A stretch of 23,373 nt of DNA from Thraustochytrium aureum. Its lineage: Eukaryota. The translations under genes and the position numbers were made by a program. The stretch lies in NCBI GenBank assembly GCA_012862495.1, contig BLSG01000154.1, positions 78,261-101,633 on the forward strand, written 5' to 3'. The notes beneath the pieces are model-generated. The model worked only from the letters and a program-made list of their open reading frames with translations. It was not told where the DNA came from and made no database searches. This document shows positions 1 to 9,300 of this stretch, piece by piece (position 1 is the first letter of the stretch; each line of letters starts with the position of its first letter).

Positions 1-642
1 TGGGCCAAGGCCAATCGAATATCGAAGAATGGCTTGGGCCCACAACTTGAGCGTCTTGCCCATGGTCATCTCACAAAACACATTGTCCATTGTTTTGCTG
101 TAGTCGCACGTGCTCGAGCCCCGCTCTGTTTGCTCAGGCAGTCCGCAGATCCACAGCGCGAACGCTCGCGACAGCAACTGCATAGACTCCGAGTCGACAG
201 CCTCGACCTCGTCGCGCCTGGGCAGGTAGTCCTCCTCGGTGATTTCGACGTCGCATTTCGGGCCAATGCGACAATCTGTGCACTGAAGAAACCTCGACCG
301 CACGATGTGGGATACCTTGCGGAGCCCAGACCGCGCGGCTTTTGCTCTCGGCAACGCCGGCAAAACCTGTTTCCCCCTGAATCTACGCGCGGATTTCGTT
401 GCAGTGTCTCCGGGGGCTGTGCTCGCCTCTGCGGCGCCCGCGTTGCCCAAGTTGTCGCTGTCAACGAGGAAGACCTTGGAGATCGTCGTTCGAGCAGTGC
501 CACCGTCAGCCCAATGCGCTGCGCGTCCCACTCCGCTGCCCGCCGCCATACTTACAGACGCCACGTGAAACGCCACGAAAAGGAGCAAGAGGACAGCTAG
601 CGCGCCATTCGAGGCCCTGCATCTCCGCGGCTGCCTGCCCAT
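1..642 (-). CDS. Partial CDS (5' part; runs off the left window edge): hypothetical protein with N-terminal signal peptide or type II membrane anchor
   Basis: Not in the ORF track because it has no stop in the window. Manual translation from ATG at 642 gives 214 open codons: MGRQPRRCRASNGALAVLLLLFVAFHVASVSMAAGSG...SKVFLVDSDNLG...FLQCTDCRIGPKCDVEITEEDYLP...LKLWAQAILRYSIGLGP. A basic N-terminus precedes a hydrophobic stretch. No family recognised. Confidence 0.7.
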   Translation of the reverse strand, partial: MGRQPRRCRASNGALAVLLLLFVAFHVASVSMAAGSGVGRAAHWADGGTARTTISKVFLVDSDNLGNAGAAEASTAPGDTATKSARRFRGKQVLPALPRAKAARSGLRKVSHIVRSRFLQCTDCRIGPKCDVEITEEDYLPRRDEVEAVDSESMQLLSRAFALWICGLPEQTERGSSTCDYSKTMDNVFCEMTMGKTLKLWAQAILRYSIGLGP

Positions 643-1429
643 CCTGGCCCGACCGATACGAGCGAGGAGCGCCTTCTGGACGCGGGAACTCGTCGCCTGT
701 TTCACTTGCGCCCGTCCAGCGCCTTGCTCTCTCGGCCGCAGCTCGCAGCGCGCGGTGCAAGCGGGCTGCTGGGCGAGTCGTCAAGCGCGCGGCGCTCGTG
801 CGGGCGTGCGGAGGGAGGGATCCAAGCCAACTTGATCTCCCGATCCGCGCGCCGGCCGATCCAGCNNNNNNNNNNNNNNNNNNNNNNNNNNNNNNNNNNN
901 NNNNNNNNNNNNNNNNNNNNNNNNNNNNNNNNNNNNNNNNNNNNNNNNNNNNNNNNNNNNNNNNNNNNNNNNNNNNNNNNNNNNNNNNNNNNNNNNNNNN
1001 NNNNNNNNNNNNNNNNNNNNNNNNNNNNNNNNNNNNNNNNNNNNNNNNNNNNGGGGGCGCTCGGCACCTGCCGCGCTGCGTGCTCGGGAGGGGGCCTGCG
1101 GAGCCAAGGGTCGATCAATTGACCAACCGACCTACCGGCGGATCGGCAGGTGGCGGTTGCTTGACGCGTCCCTCCAGGTCACCCTCCAGCGCGCGCTGCG
1201 GCGGCCTACCGTGCAGGTGCTACTGCGCGGACCTGTTTACCGCCGCTCGGGGCCTGTGGACCGTCTGGCCGGTGCCTGGAGGGCTCGGTCGTCGTGCGCG
1301 CTCGCCAGCCTCAGCTCTCGCCAGACTCGGCCCTCGCCAGCCTCAGCTCGCGCAGCGCCTCGGTCGGCCAACGGAGTACGAAGGGTCGCGCCCTGTGCTA
1401 CAGCAGCTGATCTGCGTCGCTGGGGCACG

Positions 1430-2378
1430 ATGAGCGAAGGCGGGATGTACTCGCCGAGGTCGGCCGGCGCCAGCACAGCCGCCTCGGAGTGTTCGGCGCC
1501 AACTCATTCGCGAGCCGGCGAGGCAGCGGCCGGCAGCACCTCGACTCGCCGAGGCGCAGCGAGGGGGGCGCCACGGACGCGTTTGCGCTGACGCAGTTTG
1601 ACTTTACGGCCATCGAGGCCATGGACCCGAGCTTGGAAGGGGGGTGGCACGTCATTTACGACCGAGAATGCCCGCTCGAGCTCCGGTACCAGGAGACGGA
1701 CGAATCCCCGCAGGAAGTTGGCACGCTCGAGGCAATCAAAGTCAAGGTGCTCATGCTGGTGAGTTTACAATGCGCAGGTTTGAGCGGCCCAGCGCAGATC
1801 AAAACTGACTCCTGATTGCGCGCTTGCCTTTTGCTCGCTCTCGCTCTCGCTCTCGCTCACAGGGCGCTGAGACGGCGCCAGAGTCGCTCAAGATCGAGCT
1901 CAGCAGCGAGAACGACCTCTTTTTCCACTATATGCACACCGTGGACGAGGTCGGTTTTCGCATCATGCAAGAGCAGCAAAAACTCATGGTCGAGTTTGAC
2001 GAGTACAGCAGAGTCCTGATACGGATGCTCAACAACTGCATCAAGGAGCCCAACACACACCTGGCGATATTTGTGCTGCAAGAGGAGGGGTCCTCCCGAC
2101 TCGACTTCATCAAGAACATGGAGTACAAGTTTGTCGAGCTTCTGACCTGCACTTTCACAAAGTCCCACGACGAGCTCGTGAGGCAGCACATCGCGTACCG
2201 GTACAACGCGCTAAAGTCGCGCTTAGCTCTAATGCAGGCGCGCCTTGCAGATGTCAACGCGCTCGTCAAGGTCAAGAACCCGTCGCTGTTGCTCCAGATC
2301 AAAAAGCCGGCTGGCGGAGCGGCCCACGGCGGCGCCTCGTCTTCAGCGCAAGCTAAACGGTCGCCAGCATTCCAGTGA
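1430..2378 (+). CDS. SAS6L: SAS6-like protein (SAS-6 N-terminal head domain plus short coiled coil), two exons; start codon uncertain
   Basis: Exon 1 frame reads FDFTAIEAMDPSLEGGWHVIYDRECPLELRYQ...PQEVGTLEAIKVKVLML and splices (1759-1862) to GAETAPESLKIELSSENDLFFHYMHTVDEVGFRIMQEQQKLMVEFDEYSRVLIRMLNNC...RLDFIKNMEYKFVELL...YRYNALKSRL...KNPSLLLQIKK, stop 2376-2378. ELSSENDLFFHY and QKLMVEF match the SAS-6 head/PISA region, and the long SAS-6 coiled coil is absent. The only in-frame upstream ATG is 1621; using ATG 1430 needs one extra base between ~1445 and 1590 (~281 aa). Confidence 0.85.
1759..1862 (+). other. Spliceosomal GT-AG intron (104 nt) in SAS6L
   Basis: Donor GTGAGT at 1759, branch-like CTGAC at 1805-1809, pyrimidine-rich (CTCGCT)n tract, acceptor CAG ending 1862. 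Removal joins ...KVLML to GAETAPESLKIEL... in frame. Confidence 0.9.
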
Positions 2379-3090
2379 CAAATCAGTGCTCTGCGGCACC
2401 GTGCGATGGCGCAGCGTGGCTGGGGCAGTCGATCGCTGGGGGACGAGGCAACACCGTCCGTGTCCTGTCCGTGTGCATCTGCTTGCTAATTCCACCAGCC
2501 GAAGCAACCCAGGATTTCTGGAGGGAGAGGCAGCGAACGGTGGCAAAACAACGCCTCGAGACTTGTGGGCGAGCGCTGGGCGCGCGCACTGGGCATACCG
2601 CGAGGAAGGTGCACCGCTTGGGCCTGCCGCGGTTTGGCGGGCTGCCAGGCGGACGGTCGCCGCCGCCGTTCATTTTAAAATCGCTAAAGAAAGCCGAAAT
2701 GCTCGGTAGTTTGTTTGCGGGGCCCGCAAGCGCGTCTGCGAAAAGGCGCAGAGACCGGTAACGCCCGCAGTTGACACTGGCTGTTGAATTGGATTAGGTC
2801 AGCTCTAGTAGAGAGGATCGTAGATAGGTTGCCGTTGGGCGCCGCCCCCGCCAAAAGCAAGTCACGCTCGCGCGCTCAGGTCTCAGTCGTCGTGTCGGCA
2901 GGCTGCCTGCAAGTCCACTGCGCAGGAGCTGCGCGTGCCGCGTTATAGTGTTGTGATTACCGTGTCGAGCAGTGCCGGGTCTGTCGCTGTGCGTGCCGAT
3001 TTGTGCAATGCCGCTGAGCGACAACTCAAGTTGCTGGTTCCAAGAGAATGCGAGGGCTTTCGGTGCGCGCGCGCGCCCCTACATCTCGAG

Positions 3091-4960
3091 TCAGATGAGG
3101 CCAAATTCCTCGCCGAGGTGTTCGACGATCTTCTCCGAGATGAGCGTCTGGGCCATTTGGATCGCGTATGGGCTTCCAAGAATGGTGACCTTCTGGAACG
3201 CCGCAGCGTTTCCGGGATTGCCAGGAGCATTGCGTGCGAAGGATATCTTGGTGCGCGACTTGCGCTGGATGTCAGAAATCACAGACCCTGATCGACCGAT
3301 CAGGTGCGCAACCGCGCTGTCCGGGACCGTCGTTTCGAATTGGCGCGGGCTAGTGGAGAAGGCGTCCTGGAGCCCGGGCTGAAGATGTTGGCCCTCGTGC
3401 CCCAGGCTTTCGTCCCTAGCAGCCGTGGAAGGCGCGGCCCCAAGCTGGGCCCCGATCACGCTTTTGCTTTCGAGGTGGTCCGGATCATACATAATGCCGG
3501 CCTGGCCGACGGCGCTCGGGGCCGCTCCAACCATATAGTGAAACTTGTCGCTCGCAGCTGAGGCGCTCTGGTCCGCACTTCCGTACCACATGCTCTCGGC
3601 GTCAAAAGAGCCCGAGGACCCACCGTACCCCATGCTGTAGCCAGCGTAGGGACCTGTGGCACTCCCCGAGCCTGACTGGGGACGCCAGGATACAGTTGGG
3701 TCGCTCCTCGGCCAAGCCCAAGACGAAGGGCGCCGCCCACGCCGCTCACACCGTCGAGGCTCATCGCGGCCGCCGTTCCAACTGCCGACGACTCGGTGCT
3801 TGGCACCCCGGACGTGGAACCTGAACTCGGGACCGTGCTGCCCGTGCCGCCAAGATCGGTGAAGAAGAAGTCGCCATTGAAGAGGTGCGACTGGTCGTCG
3901 ACCGGGTCGCCGCCATCCACGACGCCTCCGGTCGCGCTGCTGGCGTTGCTGGAGGCGTGTGCGCGAGCCCCGCTACCGTTGCGCGCCGAGGGACCAGGGC
4001 CGCCGCCGCTGCCGCCGCCGCTGCTTGCGCTGCGCTCGCCAAACGGCCCGGAGGTGGAAGTGCGAGCGCGCCAGACCCAGGCGTGCTGGCGCTGCCGTGA
4101 GGCTGAGGCACGCCGCCCTGCCACTCCTTGCGAGTGGATCTGTTCTCTGCCATCTGCCTTGCAATCAAGTACTGCGCCATGGAGCGCTCGTACCGAGTCC
4201 CTTGAATTGTCACGGACCGCCCGATCGTCCCAGGGACGACGGTGGTCTCCTGCTCGACCTGGATCCGCGCCGTGGACAGCTCCTGAAGCCGCTTGATGTT
4301 GGAGCCACCTTTTCCGATGAGGTGCGGCACAGACTCGTGCGGGATCACAATCTTGATCAGCTCTTGCTGCACCCCCTCCTCTTTGAGCTTTTCGTGAATC
4401 CTTTTGGTGATCATTTGCTGCGTGTAGACGCAGTTCGCAACGGAACCCACAACGTAGATGCGGCGCTCCGAGGAGCCGAGCGGCATCTTGTTTTTCGACT
4501 CGACGCGGATCGTCACGTTTGCCTTCTTCTCCAGCCTGCTAATCTCTGCGCCAGACTTGCCGATCAGGTGCCCAATGATGTGCGCCTGCCCCGGTACCAG
4601 TAACACCAGCGTGGTCGGTTTGTCGTCAATTTCGTCACTCACAAACGTGTCAAACTCGCGGTCGCCCTCGGAAGCGAGCTCGTCCAGCTCGACGCTCTGG
4701 CCTGACCGGCTCTTGAGCAGCCGCAAGGTCTCGAGCAGGAAGCGTTCCGCCCGCTTTTGATCGTTCTCCACGCACTTCATCACAAAGTCAAGCGCTTGCG
4801 AATGGTCGTCTGCTTTGACTGCCGAGCCCGGCAGCGAGAGAGCCCACATTGAGGCAGACGCGTCCCTTGCGGCAGGGCTGCTTCCGGTGCTGTTAGAGGA
4901 GTTTCCCCTCCCGCTGCTGCGACTACCGCGCTTGAAGGGCTTGGCATTGCCGGAGAGCAT
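3091..4960 (-). CDS. Three-KH-domain RNA-binding protein (Nova/PCBP/BTR1-like layout KH1-KH2-linker-KH3), split by two apparent frameshifts; may extend further 5'
   Basis: Three GxxG loops: IGHLIGKSGAEISRLE, VPHLIGKGGSNIKRLQ (ORF 3761-4960) and VAHLIGRSGSVISDIQ (ORF 3091-3633), joined by a low-complexity linker (ORF 3456-4124). Both junctions are -1 shifts (one somewhere in ~3900-4070, one plausibly at the G run 3678-3681). About 623 aa if repaired. Confidence 0.85.
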
Positions 4961-5833
4961 CGTGCAGCGCGCGAGTTCAGCGGCGAGCCGCGCTGGGCGC
5001 TATACTGCTGTCCTGTGCTGGAGACTTGGTGCGTAGCTCCAGCAAGTCGTCTCGTCCTTTGTGCGCCGCGCCGCGCCGCGCCGTGGCCCTTCGCCAGCGC
5101 AACTGTCGTCGCCCGCCCTGACAGAATCCGCCAAAGCGGCGACCGGGGGCCGTGTCGTGACAGCCTGCGCTGTGCAATTGAGCAGGGGTGACCGCACCGG
5201 CTTGGTCTTTGGGCGCCAGCTGGCAGCAGGCTTGGGCTGCGCAGTCCTCGTCCCACCAGCAGCCAGTCGCTCGCCCTCTGCGAGTGTGCTTCCGCAAAGC
5301 CAAGCAACCTCGCCTTGCCACCGTTCGCTGCAGTCGCCCAGTATGCGCCCACGGCACCGATCGCACTGTGGACCGACGCACGCCGGGGCCCTGCGCTGCT
5401 TGGGCGTTCGTTGACAGCCAGCTCCTTGTGCTCTGGCCCCTCCGTTTCGCTCCTTTCATGGGCTTGGGCACTTGGTCTGTTGTTCCCTCTTTGATGTCCT
5501 CGAGTATCTGGTCAAAGTCCGCCAGGAGTCAAAGGGGTCCACAAGGGTGGCCCACTAGCTAGGAGTAGCTCTGGAGAGTTGAAAACTGCCGACACACTGT
5601 GAGAAGATGGCCTGTCTCCTTTGGTGCTCGGCGCCCGTGCGGTTTGTGAGGGCAGCGCGCCCAACCGCCGCTCCCGAAGAGCAGAGTGCTTTGCGTACCT
5701 TGCTGCCCAACGAGGCGACGCCGCCGCGCCCGAGGGCTCATGATGGCTTGGGCCTTCAACTCGTACCCGACTTGACCTTGGTCGATGGAGCGGCAAGACG
5801 ATGCATGTTCGGCTGTCCGTCGCGGCGTTGGAC

Positions 5834-5875
5834 CTTTGGCCAAGGAGGATCCTCCTTGCTTTGGCCAAGGAGGAT
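5834..5875. repeat. 17-bp direct repeat overlapping a perfect 18-bp palindrome
   Basis: CTTTGGCCAAGGAGGAT at 5834-5850 and 5859-5875. CAAGGAGGATCCTCCTTG (5841-5858) is its own reverse complement. Confidence 0.85.
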
Positions 5876-6177
5876 GGCTTTGGATGCGTGATGGATCGAC
5901 GGATGGATGGATTTCGACGAATGGATTGATCGACAAATGACCCCGCGTGATCCCCCTTTTCTCAGCCCCAACCGCTCTCCTTCCGACCCAACGAATGCTC
6001 CTTCGTTCGTCGATCCGAAACGGTCAAATCCGGCCGAGCACATCACTGCTCGTCGGCCTAACATCAAATCTCTAGTCCGCTCAAACGTATTTGATAGGCG
6101 TCGGGAGGTCGAGTGAGGAGACCTGTTGCAGAGACGGGAAGCAGGAATTGGGACGCACGGTCCTCGTCGCGGCAGCA

Positions 6178-6210
6178 CCGCAACGAGACCGCAACGAGGC
6201 CGCAACGCGG
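6178..6210. repeat. Three tandem imperfect 11-mers (CCGCAACGAGA / CCGCAACGAGG / CCGCAACGCGG)
   Basis: Read directly; lies ~160 bp upstream of the giant receptor ATG. Confidence 0.75.
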
Positions 6211-6368
6211 AAGGAAGCGCGGGGCTGCGAGGCTCCGAGCAGTGGTGTGCGTCTGAGTGGCTGGCTGGCTAGCTGGCCGGCGCGCTGGTTTGCTCGCTCT
6301 CTGCCAGGCAGGTCTTCTCTGCCGCTCGCGGTTGCGCCTGCCTCCTGGCAAGTGCCGCGCCGAACACG

Positions 6369-9300
6369 ATGCGCTCGGAATCGGCACGGCGGGGCAAGCC
6401 CGGCCGGCGAGCGTGGACGACAGCCTTGTCGCTCGTGGCCGCAGTGCTTTTTGCGGCCGCCGGGAGGCAAGTGGACGCGGCTTGCGATGGCTGGCCCGCG
6501 CCAAACTCGCAGCGAGTCATACAGAGGCCTACCAACACATTTCAAGTCACCACGCTCGGGTCCGCAACAGAGAACGTCCCCGAGGTGCAGCGCGTGGAGC
6601 TCTGGGGCCACCAGGTAATTGACGTTCGTATTAAAGGTTCCGCCGTCACTGGGGGCACCTTCAAACTCGAGTTTTGCGACTTTGACGTCAAGCTCCCCGG
6701 CACTGTCTCGTTCGCGCCACTTCCCGGTGAGGGATCGGACAAAAGCCTCATCGTGGTTATTACTGACAACTTCAACGTCACGCGCTCGTGGGAGGAGTTT
6801 GGCGTCGACACGGGCTACCCGATCCGCATCTCAACAAGTCCAACAAACCAGGCCCAGCAAGGACCTCGAAACGTACAGAATTTTCTTTANNNNNNNNNNN
6901 NNNNNNNNNNNNNNNNNNNNNNNNNNNNNNNNNNNNNNNNNNNNNNNNNNNNNNNNNNNNNNNNNNNNNNNNNNNNNNNNNNNNNNNNNNNNNNNNNNNN
7001 NNNNNNNNNNNNNNNNNNNNNNNNNNNNNNNNNNNNNNNNNNNNNNNNNNNNNNNNNNNNNNNNNNNNNNNNNNNNNNNNNNNNNNNNNNNNNNNNNNNN
7101 NNNNNNNNNNNNNNNNNNNNNNNNNNNNNNNNNNNNNNNNNNNNNNNNNNNNNNNNNNNNNNNNNNNNNNNNNNNNNNNNNNNNNNNNNNNNNNNNNNNN
7201 NNNNNNNNNNNCGCACGACACAAGCGCGGCTGCAGTCAAGGCTGAGTTCGAGGCTGTCCTTGGATCCAACAGCGTCTACAAGGTGGTACGCACGGCCATC
7301 CTGGATGCGGAGGCCGGTGAACGAGGGCTCCAGTTCCGCGTGATTCTCGCCAAGGGCGTAACTGGAGTCCACGCGCGCGTCGACGGGGCAGAGCTCCGCG
7401 GCGAGTCCCTCACGCCGCTGGCAGAGGAGAGGGCCCGCGGCATCAAGCCTGGCACTAGTTTCGAGGCCCGGGCCCAGGGGTGGGCTGGCTCCTTTCGGCT
7501 TTCGCATCTTGGCTCAACAACTCGCCCAATCGAGCCCGCCGCCAGCGCCGCTCAAGTCGCCGAGCGGTTGCGCGAGCTGCCGTCAATCGGACCGGACGTC
7601 GAGGTGGAGCGGTCCCCAGACGGGTGGGCCTGGCTGGTGACCTTTCGCAACGAGATCGGCGACGTCGCCGACCTCGTTGGCCATGTGGAAGACCTCATTC
7701 CAATTGGAGGCGAGATCGCGGTGTCGACCCCTCGCCCAGGCCAAGCAACACTTGAGGGACAGTTCGAACTTGTGCGCCAAGACACTGGGCAGTCCGTTCT
7801 CGTACCTGTCGCGGCCTCAAGCTTTAATATGAGGACGCTGGTGCGAAACGGCCTTGGCCTTGGCGACGTGAGCGTACGGCGCGAGGGGCCCTCCGCGAGC
7901 AACGGATTTACGTGGACCATCGAGCTCGCAGAAGACTGCCCGAGCGCGTTTTCTGCCACAAACGCAGAGCTCTACATCACCCCAGAGTGCGGAGTCAAGC
8001 TTGAAGCAGGACCTCGTACCGCCGAGTTGTTGCTCGGAAACAGCGCCTCGTTGCAGGTCCGCAACACGATCCTCATCGCTTTAGACGACGTCGGGGGCAG
8101 TGTGGTGGAGTGGACCGTCAAGTCCCGCCTACCAAGCTCCCTAAGCGAGCCGGTCCGGCAAGGACGAGATGGCGCGCGGACTCTCTATGCTCTGCCCACG
8201 GACTCGCCAGGGGGCTCGAAAGGCCGGTTCATTTTCGAGGCACGCGCGTCGGGTTCCGCCACAGTTTTGCACACGCAAGCCGTGTACGTCGACGCACGGC
8301 CTCCGGAGGCGAGTCCCGGGCCCGGAATCGCCGTGTCCTATCCAACAGACTGGATCGATTTAGACGGCTCGACGTCAAAAGCGTTCTATGGCGCTTCTGT
8401 TGTCTCTTTCAAGTGGAGACTGGACTCCCGTCCTGCAGGCGCAGGCGCCACTGCAGGCGTCATTCTCAACGACGACTCGTCGCGGACGGTTGCGCGCGAG
8501 CTCAACAAGCCCGGCGTTTTCGGGTTCTCGTTAGTTGTCAAGGACTCGCTCGGCATGGAGGCCTGCACGACCAAGAGCGTGGAGGTGCTCTTCCGGCCCA
8601 AGATGCTGGCTGAGCTGCAGAACCAGCAAGCAATCCCGGGAGACACCGTGCGATTTTTTTGCAACGCCACCGGGTCGACGCCGATGCAGTACGAATGGCG
8701 CTTTCGGAACATCACCTTGGACAACAGCGGTGGCGCGCAACTCAGCCTCACCTCCGTCTCTGAGATGGACCAAGGCGACTACTCTTGCACAGCGAAAAAT
8801 AGGGTGGGCGAAGCGAGGAGCAACCAGGTGCACCTTGACGTTCTCGACCCGGTCGTCGTCGTTGTCGACCCCATTTCCAAGTTTGCCTCTCCCTCGCTCC
8901 CGACGGCGGTCCAGTGCACGGCGCGGGGCTCCTACCCTATCACTGTTGCATGGGAGCTGCGGCAGGCTTCTGGAGAGTTCCCGGACCAATGGCGGGAGAT
9001 CAAGACAGAGGTGGTCAAGGCGGGCGACGCGGCAACGGCGAGGCAGTTTCGGCTTTCGATTCCTGCGCCCACTGAGGCAGACGAGGGGCGAGTACAGGTG
9101 CGTGCTGACCAACGCGGTCGGCCAGGTCGCCTCCCGGCCGGGTTTTTTAGAAGTGCTCGACATGCCCCAAGGTGTCCAGGTGGATGCCATTCCGCCTCAT
9201 ATTCTCGTAGAAGGAGTTGACGTAGGCTCCACCTTCGACCTCGACTGTCGCGCAACAGGCGTCGACCTCGAGTATGCCTGGGAGCTGAACGGTCTCCATT

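Noticed and set aside
66..503. Cys-rich ORF (RFCRRCREQKP) suggesting a DHHC or zinc-finger protein
   Set aside because: No DHHC or complete finger motif follows; it is an alternative frame of the better-supported 642-1 CDS.
550..555. GTAAGT on the minus strand as a splice donor in the left-edge gene
   Set aside because: The frame reads through it without interruption directly after the hydrophobic segment, so no intron is needed; it cannot be excluded without RNA data.
1125..1158. Imperfect hairpin (ACCTACCG...CGGCAGGT) as a structured ncRNA
   Set aside because: Short and mismatched, expected by chance at this GC content; no tRNA or snRNA features.
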